Both the position numbers and the translations under genes were made by a program. DNA of 63,925 nt, the filler included, from Conidiobolus incongruus B7586 (Eukaryota): assembly GCA_000697335.1 (NCBI GenBank). It is 10 parts of 10 records of this genome, joined end to end, with 100 filler letters (N's around TTAATTAATTAA, not from the genome) between each part and the next. Parts side by side here need not be neighbours in the genome. Positions count along the whole stretch, not along the records: positions 50,681 to 60,763 come from JNEM01006657.1; positions 60,864 to 62,597 come from JNEM01006660.1; positions 62,698 to 63,925 come from JNEM01006720.1; 7 more parts are not named here. One strand, given 5' to 3'. The notes under the pieces are model-generated. The model was not told the DNA's origin. It saw only the letters and a list, made by a program, of their open reading frames with translations, and ran no database searches. Below are positions 51,316 through 63,925 of this stretch, piece after piece; the first letter of the stretch is position 1, and each line of letters begins with the position of its first letter.

Positions 51316-54300
51316 TGTTACTAGCAAATATTCTGATAGTTAAGCTATTTTCATAATATTATTAGAGATTAACATCCCTTTTGATTCACTTATATATAGT
51401 AAAGCCTTATTTGTCATCTATAGTTGTTATCTTGATATTGATAAACTTTAACTTTTTAAAAGGTGAGTCATAATCTATAAATTACCATAGATATATAATT
51501 TAGTTACAACTATTATAATAAAGATATCTTTTTTTATCATAAATCTATTAGATTATTTGAATCTTTAGGTTATTACTCTTCAACTAATAATTATTTCAAA
51601 AACCAAGATAATATCAAATTTTTGTAATTTTTAGTTAGAGACATTATAGATATTTGTGATTTATAAGCAATCTGCTTTATTAATACTTGTCCCTGCTTCT
51701 TAATATATCTAGCAGGTATAATATTCAACTATTACTTAAATCTTTGACACTGAAAAATAACTTATTATTAACAATGATAACATTTATAAGATATGGTAAG
51801 ATTACCCTAAAGCCTAAATCTAAATTACTTTGCAATAGCTAAACAAATATTAACATTAGAATCCTTATCCTCTTTAATTAGTGAAAAACAAATTAAAGAG
51901 ATTATAATAAACTAATTCTGTGAAAATTTCACTAGACTCTTTTAAAAATAACTTTCATCCCTTATATTCTTAACCTATAGTTAAAATATAGTTAGAGTTT
52001 TTATAGAGAATGAAAGTAGCAAAACTCTTACTAACTAAAGAGAGCAACTAAACTATAAAGTAGATATTGAGGCCCTCCCTTTATTTTTTGAAAATCTAAC
52101 CTTTATAAGAAACCTTTAACAAGTTTATATAAACCTACAACACCTAGTAAATAAGAATCATTGGGTTATATGCAATATTAACCCTTAAACTAATATGCTA
52201 AAAAAGTTCTTAACAGATGTTAATGAACAAGAAAACTAGTTAGTTAATACAAATTAAATAGTTTATAATATAACAATCTTAATATACAATGCTATGTTAG
52301 AAGTTATATGTAAACCCTTAACCTACTAGCAAAACTCCATTAAAAAATAAATTTGTTGAAATCTACAAACAATTTAAGAATAGTTTTCTACCTAGATTAT
52401 AAACTAATGCTTTAATACTAACTACCAAGAAATATTACTAGACTATTATATTAAAGTAGTTTAACAGAATAACAAAAATATAGAGGAATTTTATAACTAC
52501 TTATTAAAGATAAAATAACAAATTAAACATCTATCCTATATTTGTCTAAAAAACAAGTTTTAAGATAAGATTAAAAACTAAATGATAAATATACTAATTA
52601 TCTAAAAAGTACCCCTAAATACCTTTGCTAATTATAAAGTACTAGTATCAACAAAAGATATTGAAGCAAGTTATGAAACAATAGTTAAAGAAGTTAACTA
52701 TTAAGTTTAATAAACCCCTCTAATTGAATCAATAGAAGGATCTTATAAGAAAAATAAAAGTGATAAAAATTAACAATATTTTATAGCTAGCTAGACTTCT
52801 CTATCAACTTTAATTCTTCCTTTACTTTTTAATCAAGGAATTAAAGCAGAAAAACTAGTTACTAAAGATAGTTTAGAAGATAAACAACTATTAGATAATA
52901 CTCTTTTATTAGAGACTTTAGATAACACTATAAACTTTAAAGTATACATGAAGTTTGCTTAAATTTTAAAAAAGATAGAAAAAAAAGAGTTAGAATACCT
53001 AATAGCAAATTTTATAATTGTTAAACAACTGTTAGCTGTTTAAAAAAGACAACCCCTGAAAAAAAGAGTATTGGTTATAAAGCCCCTAGGACTATTAAAT
53101 TTAGAATAATATAAAAGATAAAGCAAAAAAAATTGCTGAAGCAAAAATATCAGCTATCTAACAAATTATAACCTTTACTAAACTAGTTTCTATAGAGATA
53201 AACCTAAATCCTCTTAATTTTCAAATTTCATTGGATTACAAGTAATTTGTTGAAATGCTTGAGGTACCCTTAAAACAAAAAGAATATCATCTATTATCTT
53301 TAAATCAGGAAAATATTAGACTTATAAAAAGGATTTGACAAGGGGTTTTAATAACCATTAATATATCTTTAAGAGCAAAGCAGCAAAATTTACCATAGAT
53401 AGTTTATCAAAATATTTCACTAACTCAGATAACAATATTTAAATCATTAGAGTTAGTAAAAGAAGTTAAGAAATAATAGCCATATAATGAAAATTCAATT
53501 CAATTAAACAAAACTAAAAAGAAACCTTATCTAAACTATATTACATATAATTGAAAGAAGGGTAAATATAAAACATTTTTCTTTAAAGGGTAAATCTTTA
53601 AAGAAATTACTCAGGAGGTTATAAAGATAAAATTTCTAATTAACATCTGTGAAGCATTAATTTATTAGCTAGGTTTTAATTAAGAGTGGTAAAGAGTTAG
53701 TTATCTTATTAAATATATAAAGTAAACAACTAATATAGAGGTAACTCATTAGTACTATACCTTTTTACCTACTAATAACCTAGTAACATTTGAAGAAAAT
53801 AAGTGGGAATATTTTATTAACATTAATATATCATTTCTCCCCAATAAGTTTTGTAGAATAGAAATTAAAATCAAAATAAAACTTCATGCTAATATTTATT
53901 TTAATATTAACTTTAATAAAGAAAAAGAAAAGGATAATGATATAATTAAAATACTAGCTAAAACCTTTATAGAAAGTGGTGAACACCTTATTCTCTTAGT
54001 TATAAACACCATTAATAAATTTAAAACTATCTTAACAAGTACTAAGCTTATCACTATTAAAGCACATTGTATTTTGTTTCCCCAAGCTAAAATTATAGGA
54101 AAATCCTCTAGCTAAATTAACACCCATTAAAGGTAGATCCTAAGTTCTACTTTAAAGTTTATATCTAGTTAAAAGGGGTTGATTTAAAAACCCTTATTGA
54201 TTATAAAGCTAGCATAAACATAATCATTAAGAATATAACAGAAGTGTTAAAAATACCTTATTACAAAAATCACATAATGAGTTATTAAACAATAATTCAC

Positions 54301-57300
54301 TAAGAAATAAAAACTGAGGGTGGAACTAATACTCTTATATTTAACATTGAAGGTATTCCTTTTGAAGCAAACTTTTAAGTTATTAATTCACCAATTATTC
54401 ACATTTTGTCAAGTTATTTGTTTTTGCAGAAGGAGAAAATTTTAACTAATTAAGCTACTGGTATTTTTGCTATTTTTTAAAACAATGAACCTTAATTCTT
54501 TTAAGCTATTACTAATTATAAAAGACACCAAGATAATAAAATTAAAATTGATCCCTTATTAACCTTCTACTCAATAATACCTATGAATAAAAGTTGTTCT
54601 CTTGAGGAAAAAAGAGAGCTTGAAAAATTAAAATATAATATCTTTTTAAATCCTAATAAAGAGAAAATTACAACATTTCTATATTATTAAATTAATCTAA
54701 TAGCATTCTCAATCTATAAACTCCCTGGTACAAATTTTATTAAATTCTTTATTCCACTAATTAATAATATACATACTCTAAAAAACTACAGAACTTCTAG
54801 AATCTTAGTCTTTTAACAAGGTAAAATAAAAGAAGAGATGGAAAAACTTTTTAAAGGGAAAATTATTAAGGATGTTAACTCTTAATAAAGTTTCAAGATA
54901 GTTATTATACTTAAGAAAAATAAAAAAATAAGAATATATGTGAATTTTGCTTTAATTAATAAGATTACTATTATAAACTTTTATCCACTACTATTAATTT
55001 AAAACCCATTGGATTTATTACAACAAAGAGTTATCTTCTTATCTCTTAAGTTTCTCTTAGATTACTATTAGATTAAGGTAAAAAATGAAGATAGATATAA
55101 AACTACTTTTAATACTACACTGACCCACAAAAGTGAGTCATAAAATCAAAAACACCTATATTTTTACTAATAACTTGATTAATATTTAATAAAATAAACC
55201 AAAATTAAATAATTAAAATCTATTATATTTATTAGTTATATATATCATTACCTTAATTATATATTATAGTTTCAAGTAATCTAATATATACAATTGTTTT
55301 AGTTATTAATTAAAATATATATATTTTTGATTTTATGACTCACTTTTGTGGGTCAGTATATATATAGTTGATATTAATATAACCAACTCTTATTTAACCT
55401 GGTTAACACTTTAGTATTCTTCTAATAATTTATAAATAGCATCTTTTATGATTATATTAGGTATTTTATATTTATCTATTTAGATAATATCTTTATCTTC
55501 TTAGAAACAATTAAGCAATATTTAACACACTTGGGAAAAGTGTTTAGGGTATTATAACAACATAAATTATATATTAATATAGAGAAATATGCTTTTAGTT
55601 TTTGTTAAATTAAATACTTAGGTTACTATATATCTGAAGGTATAATTATATCTAATAAATCTAACAATAAGAAGATTAAAGTTTTAAATCCCTTAACTAA
55701 TATAGTAAAGTTTTATTCCTTCTTAAAAAAAACTAGTTATTATAGAGGTTTTGTAAAAGGCTATTCTTATATAGCTTATCCTCTAACTAAATTAACTAAG
55801 AAAAATATCCTTTATATTTAAATATTAAAATATAATGAAGCTTATAGTAGATTAAAAGAGAAACTTATCTTTTACCTAGTATTACATACCCTAAAATTTA
55901 ACTATCTATTTATTCTAGCTACAAATACTTTAGATTATATTGCAAGAGTTGATTTAAGTTAATATAATAATAATTACAAAGAATATCCTATGAAATACTA
56001 GTTAAAATAATTCTCACCAGCTTAAAAAAAATATATTACTATTCTAAAGAGGATTTAGCTATTGTCTTTATTATTTAACATTTCTATTAATATCAAGTAA
56101 GCTAAGTATTCTATATTATCACAAATCACTAATCAGCTAAATCTTTCCTAGTAAGTTTTAACTTTTCCCCCTAATAAACCATTAGATAATAAAGCTCTCA
56201 GCTTATAATTATATTATAATATATAAAGAAAGGAAGAAACACACTAATGCTGACTTTTTTAATAGAATTAAAACAAACCTATATTTAGCTTAATTTATAA
56301 GAGATACTTAATTTTAAACAAGAAGATATAAACTTTATTTAAAAGATATGTTTAATTATTTACAGTTTTTTATAAAACACCTTAAGTATAATAGAACCTA
56401 AGCTAAATATTATATAGTGATAAACTATTCTATATAAAATAAACAATTGGTTTTCAATTAACATCAACCTAATAATTAACTAAATAGAATTACCCTTAAA
56501 ATTTCTAAAAGGAAAATGATAAAAATCATTTATTTAAATGAAAAGCATTATAGTTATAAAATTACTTATAAGAGACTTTAACCTTATTACTAATAGCTTA
56601 AACAAACTACTCAACTAAAGAATTTTATATAAATATATAAAGTTTGCTAATAATTTAAACACTATACATTAAAAAAACCTAAACAAATTATAGAACCACC
56701 CAACTAAATTTTTAATTACTAATATATTAACTATATTAACCCATTTAAACTAAGTAGAAAAAGATATAAATATATTCTAGTAATAGTTAAAAATATAACC
56801 TAATATGTAATTACAATCTTAACTAAAGAATACATAATATTAATCATTGCAAAACTTTTTTACTATAAGGTGATTAATGTTTATAGTCCTCTAAAAGTAG
56901 TAACTGATAATAGTTATTATTTTATAAAAGATTTCAAGTAGTTACAAAACATTTTAGCAATGTATTATATTAAAATAACAACTTACTATCTTTAAAACAA
57001 TAGTAAAATAAAAAGGTTTAATCAAACACTTGTTAAATCTTTTGTTAAATAGTGTGAAAAAACTAAGTTTTCCTAGGATAAAAAAATCCCTTGGGTAATT
57101 TAGAATTATAATACTAAAGTTTGTTCTACTATAAGATATATACCTTTTTATTTAATATTTAGCTTTATACTTAGGGAATTCTTATTATTATAATTAGAAC
57201 TTATGCTAATTGAAAAATGTTATATTAAGGTTGAAAAGCTATAGAATCTTTATTATATTCATACCTCTCTTTTAGAAAAACAAGAGTTGAAACAATATTA

Positions 57301-58240
57301 TAAACTACTAGAAGAAAAGTTTAAGAGGTTAAATAGTAATATTAGCTAACCCTCACAAGGTTTAAAAGAATTAATTTAAGTTATTAACTAAAAGACTTTT
57401 AGGTTATAAAATAATAGACTCTAATAAAAAAAGAGTTTATAAAATAATACTCCCTAGTAAGTATAATAAATAGGTTATAATTAAGATCAGATCTGTGCTT
57501 ACTGAGAACCTAATATTAAAGCAAGCAATTTATATAGACCTTGGATAACCTTAATCTGCTATCTATCATTATCTTAAACTTTATAATTAGAGTTTCCTAG
57601 CAAAATCTATAAGTTACCTATTAATACCATATAACTATTATCTATTTTTATCTTTTACTAATAGTTATTATATCCAAATATCTTAATCTTTATTTTAAGT
57701 TCACTATAGAAATTTCTTGATCAACTTATTATTTAATTTGATTGTAAGTTTTGGGTCAAGATTAGAAATGCCTTAAGGTATTATTACCAGCAAGTATTTT
57801 AATAGTTAAGCTACTTTTATAATGTTATTAGATATTAATATCCTTGTTGATTCACTTATATATAACAAAACCTCATTTGTCATCTATAGTTTTTATCTTA
57901 ATATTGATAAACTTTAACCATTTAGAAAGTAAGTTATAATTTATAAATTACAATAAATATATAATATTAGTTATAATTATCATAATAAAGATATCTTGTT
58001 CTATCACAAATCTATTAGATTACTTAAAGCTTTAAGTTATTACTTATCAACTGGTGATTATATCAAGAACTAAGATAACATCAATTCTTTATAATTCTTG
58101 GTTAGAGATATTATAGATATTAGTGATTTATAAACAATGTATTTTATTAATACTTGTCCTAACTTTTCAATATATCCAGTAGATATAACATTCAACTTTT
58201 ACCCAAATCCTTAACATTAAAATACAATACATCATCAATA
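51316..58240 (+). mobile_element. Full-length degenerate Ty3/gypsy retrotransposon; LTRs 51316-51773 and 57782-58240; possible TATA TSD
   Basis: ~458-bp direct LTRs (TGTTAC..AACA). RT relics EDRYKTTF (~55090) and YLDNI (~55477), RNase H ATNTLDY for TDASDY (~55918), integrase TDN and TTYYL*NNSK.KRFNQTL (~56900-57030). Order RT-RH-IN. Confidence 0.9.
55118..55358. mobile_element. 241-bp MITE (internally deleted Tc1 derivative) inserted in the gypsy RT
   Basis: Near-perfect 35-bp TIRs CACTGACCCACAAAAGTGAGTCATAAAATCAAAAA and TA TSD. Arms match both Tc1 ends, joined at ~55250. It splits the RT between KTTFNT and the following ..YN..F.L.N motif. Confidence 0.93.
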
Positions 58241-60863
58241 TATATCTCAACTTTAAAAATCAATAATAATAAATTCAAATTTAAAAAAAAATAATTATTT
58301 TTATTATCTTTTATATTATTGATTTTACTTCATTAGATTTTGAATCATTTATATTAAAAAATTACCAACTTAAAATTATAAAATATAATTTAATAAAAAT
58401 CAAATGAATATTGAGAATAATATTAAAAATTTAATATTAATAAATATATATATATATATATATATTCTAATTATCTTATAATATTTCAATTCAATTTAAA
58501 TAATATATTTGATTTTTTATATAAAATTAAAATTTAATAATATATAAACAAATTATCTTAGAGTTTATGATTATAAATTTATTTAAAATATTGTATCATA
58601 AATTTAGTATATTTGAATAAATTTCTAATAATATTATCTAATATATTTATTAAATTTAAATTTAGTTATTTTATGATTAAATTTGATACTTGATATTTAT
58701 TTTTAAATTATAAATTATTAGTTCTTTGAAATTTCTTACACAATAATATTTTGTAAATTCAATTAAATCTGTTATAAAATGAAAATTAAACTTATAATTT
58801 GATGTTATCTTTTGATATATACTAGATATAAAATTATAGATATTAATGGTAATTTGATTAATATTTATTGTTTTGAGTAATAAATAAATTTGTTAATAAT
58901 AAAGATTTTTTTAAGAAAAATTTTTTATAAATAAAAAGTTAACAAAATGAAAAATAATAATTTTGTCGAAAAAATAAAAATATATCTTAATAAAATTTTA
59001 ATTTGATATGTTGAATTTAAACTTTGTAAAATGGAAGAATGTAGTTGATAAAATTAATAATTTTATATCAATATATTGCTAATTTCAAGGTTAAATTAGA
59101 AATAAATGAATATTTTCAAATGTATACTGTATTTTATAAAACAAATTAATTAAACAATAAATTTATAAATATATTAAATAAACATATAATTATACGGACC
59201 TTATATAATCTTTATTACAAATAATTTTAAATGTTATAAAGTTAAAATAACTTGTTATGTACTTAGTTTTTAATTTTCAGATAAATATTATTAATTAAAA
59301 AATTTCAATTGATTGAATATTATATATACTCAGCTTAAATCAAATGAAATTTTTGAACATAATAGGTTTAATAGAGGATTTTGTTTTATGATATTATAAG
59401 ATAATAAAATCATTAGTGGAAGTATATAATTTTTATTTTTTTTAAATTCAAAATTTATCATTTATTTAAAACATTATCTAATTCAAATTATATAATATAA
59501 AATTAATCCATTCAAAATTTATTTTTAAAATTTTTTGATAGATTTTCTATACTTTACATCATTAATGATTTTATAATATAATTATAACTTTTCTTATGAT
59601 ATAAACAATATAATTTTTATGGAACATAGTTTGAATTTATATGTTAATGATTTTATTGACATTTGAAATATCTTATAATCATAATTGCAATTATAATATT
59701 ATTAACAGATATTAAAATAATTTTGATTTTTTTATAATTTTTTATCTATCAAATTTATTAGTATATAAATATAAATTTAATATATTATTTTTTCTACAAT
59801 TATATAATTTTGTATTATCTAATAATTTTCACATATTATTTTAGTTCAGAAAAATAATCTATAAGATACTTTTCAAAATTTAATTAGTTTGTGACTATAA
59901 TACATTTAAAAAATAATGTTCATAGTAAATTTGGAAAATGATGTTATTACTTTAAAATTCTTCATTTACTAAAAATATCGTTTAAAATAATATTTTATTC
60001 AATCATTGGATAAAATTTTATGAATTTCTAAAGCATTAAATTATTTTATCTATTAAATATCAATACTGATTAAATTATATAATATATAATTTATATTATT
60101 AAGTTTTAAACATATATTTCTGAATGGATTTGATATATATTTATAGTTAAATTATTAGAATACGTAAGAATTGTATTGAATTATCATAATTATATATTCC
60201 AAGAAAATACTAATAATGAAATTCAAATTGTTTAGTATGATTTTAATAAAAAATAATTTAAATATATATGATTTTTAATTTATTAGGTTAGATATCTGCT
60301 ATTTACATTTAAAATTAATTATAATTTTGTCAATGAAATATTATTTATTTTAAATTCAACATTTATTGAAAACATTTGAAATAACTCAAAAAATAATTAA
60401 TATTGAAATATAATTTTCAATTAAAATTGTTTTAGGTGTTTTATATATAGGAAATCTATACTTCAAAGTCAATACATTTAATTAAAGTTGGTTATGTATT
60501 TTATATAATTTTTTAACTATATTTTCATAATAAATGCTTACCTAATTCTTGAAATGATGATTATATTTATATATTTAAAAATATTGAATAAATGAATTTT
60601 GTTTAATTATTAAGTTCTTTCTTGAAAATTTTGTCCTTTTTTTGAAATTGAATAAAAACATAATATATTATAAAAATAATCTTTAAATATAATAAACACT
60701 AATTTTATTCAAAAAAAATATAAAGACAATATTTTAAAATCAAATTTCAAATTTATATTGAATNNNNNNNNNNNNNNNNNNNNNNNNNNNNNNNNNNNNN
60801 NNNNNNNTTAATTAATTAANNNNNNNNNNNNNNNNNNNNNNNNNNNNNNNNNNNNNNNNNNNN

Positions 60864-60971
60864 ATATTTATTTTATTATTTGTTATATATATATAAATTT
60901 TATTTAATATTAATTATATTTTTAAAAAGTCAGAAATTAAAAAATTTTGTATTTTTTTAATTTTATGGTAA
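60864..60971 (-). mobile_element. Mariner 5'-terminal fragment
   Basis: aaaagtcagaaattaaaaaatttt...ggtaata matches 49717-49765. Confidence 0.6.
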
Positions 60972-61038
60972 TAAATTAAAATTTTTTAATTATTATATTA
61001 ATTTATAAAATTAAGTTAAGTAATTAAAATTATATATA

Positions 61039-62597
61039 TATTAACCTATAAAAGTAAGTCATATAATTATGATTATATATATTATTATCAATAACTCTGT
61101 TAATTCTTAATCAAATTAATTTAAATTAAAATATATAATAAACTTATATTGTTTATTTATAGTTAAATATATTTGATCCAATTATATTAAATTTTAGTTG
61201 ATATATTAAAGTTTAAATTTTACCTAAGGTGAGTTATAAATTTGTGTGTTTTAGTTATAGAAAGAAAATTAAAACTTAGTATATTTACCTTTTGCTTTCC
61301 TAACTTCTTTAAGTTAATATGGATTAAAGTCAACTAATTTCTTATATTAAGAAAGGTTAATTTTATTCTAAGTTTTTTAAATATATTCCTAAAGTTTATT
61401 TAAATGTTTTACTAGTGGGAAAGCTTTAACTATTTTTTTTAACTAATCCCAAATATATTTAATTAAATTAAAATTAAAAGATTGAAGAAGCTACTTTATA
61501 ACTATTATTTTATTATTTTTAAACCATTTGGTAATAAAAATAATAGTATAGCAAAAGGTATTATCTTGTTAGAAAATAATATCTGATTTATTTAACCAAT
61601 TCTATTTAATAGTTTTTTTAAATTCATTATTTAGAATATTTTAATATATATCAGTATTAATTCCCCTATTAACTTTATAAAGATATTTTCTACCAGAAGA
61701 TAATATATATCCTTAAACTATAATTAATTTATCATTATATTTTTAGGTTAAAATAATATAATGGTCACAAAGTAATTCTTTGTCTTTTCTAAAATATCTA
61801 GCTTTTTTATCAAATCTATTAAGGTATATTTTTGTGTCATTAGATTATATAATCTTACTCAAATTGGTTTTAATTTAACTTTAATGATGACATTTAAACT
61901 CTTGCCTAGTTTTACAATTAGACTTTTTTAGTTGGGGGTGTTTTTTCTTGAAATGCAAGTAATATCTATTATAACATAAACTATATATAATAGTATTAAT
62001 ACTAAATAATATTCTTATATAGTTTTGAAATTCTTTTTATACTTTTATAGCAATATTATACTAACTTATACTAACTAACCTATAAATATACCTTTTATCA
62101 TATTTATTTATAATCCTAATACACTTAAGTTTAGGTTTAGTTATATTTATACCATAATTTTTAATAGCTTTAGCTATAGTAAACAAGCTAGCACTAGTAA
62201 TTCCAATAATCTCACAAATTAATTTACCTTCATTATAAAGTTGATTAATATACAAGTAAATCTTTTTAGAGAAAGATTTTAACATTTTAATACTAATATT
62301 ATTTAATTTAAAAACTTACAAAAATAATAATATATATATATATAATTTAATAAAAAAAAGATTTAAGTAATTTTTGTTTTATATAGTCTTTTAACACCTA
62401 AACTCATAAATTTATGACTTATTATAATTAAAATTTAAGATTTAATATATTAAACAATAATATATTAAATATAATTAAATATAACCTATTATAATCAAGT
62501 AATATATTTTAATTATATACTTTAATATAAAATAATTTAATTAAAACTAATTTAAGTTATAAGTAAATATTTAAGTGACTTTTATTTTATAACTCAT
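61039..62597 (-). mobile_element. Tc1-like transposon, more divergent subfamily copy
   Basis: TIR relic ttaacctataaaagtaagtcata; colinear transposase; ORF 62285-62061 is the HTH N-terminus. Non-coding arms differ from copies 1-3. Confidence 0.85.
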
Positions 62598-62697
62598 NNN
62601 NNNNNNNNNNNNNNNNNNNNNNNNNNNNNNNNNNNNNNNNNTTAATTAATTAANNNNNNNNNNNNNNNNNNNNNNNNNNNNNNNNNNNNNNNNNNNN

Positions 62698-63923
62698 AAA
62701 AATCTACTTATATATTAATCAACTTTATAAAGAAGGTAAATCAACTTATGATATTGCTAGAATTACTAGTGTTAGCTAGTTTACTATAGTTAAAGCTATT
62801 AAGAATAGTAATAAAAACATATTTAAACTTAAACTTAGGTGTGTTAAGATTATAAATTAATATGATAAGAAGTATATCTATAAGTTAGTTAATACAGGTA
62901 AGTATAGTACTATTGTAATAATATAACAGGAATTATAAAACTATACAGGAATATTAGTTAACACTGATACTATTATATATATTTTATGTTAGCATAGATA
63001 CCACTTACACTTTAAGAAAAAACACCTTTAACTAAAGAAATCTTATTGTAAAGCTAGGTAAAAGTTTAAATATCACCACTAATATTAAACCAAAACTAAT
63101 TAGAGTAAGGTTATTTAATCTAATAAAACAAAAATATACTTTAGTGGATTTAATAAAAAAGCTAGATACTTTAAAAAAGATACAAAACTACTTTGTGATT
63201 ATTATGTTAATTTTACCCAAAAGTACAATAATAGGTTAATTATTGTTTAGGGATGTATATTGTCTTTAGGTATAAGATATCTTTATAAAGTTAATAAAGG
63301 AATTAATACTGAGATATACTAAAGTATTCTAACCAATAAATTGAAAAAAACTATTGAATAGTATAGGTTAAACAAATCTAATGTTATTTTTTAGCAAGAT
63401 AATGCTTTTTGCTATACTATAACTTTTACTACCAAATAGCTTAAAAATAATAAGATAATAGTTATAAAATAGCTTTTTTAATCTCTTAACCTTAACCTAA
63501 TTAAACACCTTTGGGATTAGTTAAAAAAGCTATTAAAGCTTTCCCTTTAATAAAAGATTTAGATTAATTTTAGAAATATGTTTAAGAAGTATAGAATAAG
63601 ATTAACCCTTCCTAGTGTAAGAAGTTAATTGATTCTATACCTTATAAACTTAAAAAAGTTAGAAAAGCTAGAGGTAGATATACTAGGTTTTAATTTTTTT
63701 TTATCACCAAAAACCTATAAATTTATAACTCACCTTAGATAAAATTTAAGTGTTTATATTTTAACCAATTAATAACTAAATATCATCATATAATGATATA
63801 TATTATTAATAAATATAATAGATTTTAATTATTTAATTTAAGTTTATTTCATTAAATATTAATTAAGTTATTAGTAAAAATATAAGTGTTTTTGATTTTA
63901 TGACTTACTTTTGTAGATTAGTA
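62698..63923 (+). mobile_element. Tc1-like transposon copy (5' end in gap)
   Basis: QDNA at ~63395 is followed by exactly 34 codons to AAA (ancestral GAA, Glu) in NLNLIKHLWD, i.e. DD34E. Right TIR ends at 63923. Confidence 0.9.
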
Positions 63924-63925
63924 TA

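Noticed and set aside
31604..58240. Alternative genetic code (TAA/TAG read-through) to explain in-frame stops in TE ORFs
   Set aside because: Stops replace both Trp and Gln codons, vary between copies and come with missense transitions. Host genes end in TAA/TAG normally.
31400..62697. Recurrent perfect palindrome TTAATTAATTAA between N runs (9 times)
   Set aside because: Artificial scaffold linker with stops in all frames. Adjacency and orientation across these gaps are not trustworthy.
1..63925. CRISPR array, prokaryotic operon or rRNA
   Set aside because: No regularly spaced repeats or rRNA motifs; the genes are intron-containing and eukaryotic.

Overview
Very AT-rich eukaryotic genomic scaffold with short (~45-110 nt) GT-AG introns and nine 100-bp N/TTAATTAATTAA/N assembly spacers. 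The gene set (PMT4, Rab24, GH16 glucanase, NPC2) points to an early-diverging fungus, possibly Entomophthorales/Conidiobolus-like (inference). The window has two compartments. (1) ~1-29.4 kb is gene-rich: a Asp/Tyr-rich secreted protein, a NASP/Hif1 chaperone, a GH16 beta-1,3-glucanase plus its decayed tandem paralog, Kish, Rab24, RAD52, PMT4, RPS5, several unknown genes and three tRNAs. It also holds a ~1.08-kb fold-back made of two inverted solo LTRs stacked directly upstream of tRNA-Gly. (2) ~31-64 kb is a transposon graveyard around one intact NPC2 gene: two full-length Ty3/gypsy elements (one with a chromodomain), five Tc1 (DD34E) copies plus a MITE, and one full and several partial mariner copies. 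These elements are structurally intact but saturated with C>T/G>A changes and, by eye, lack CpG, which suggests a RIP-like or methylation-driven hypermutation defence. The tRNA-adjacent LTRs and the GH16 duplicate seem to escape it.
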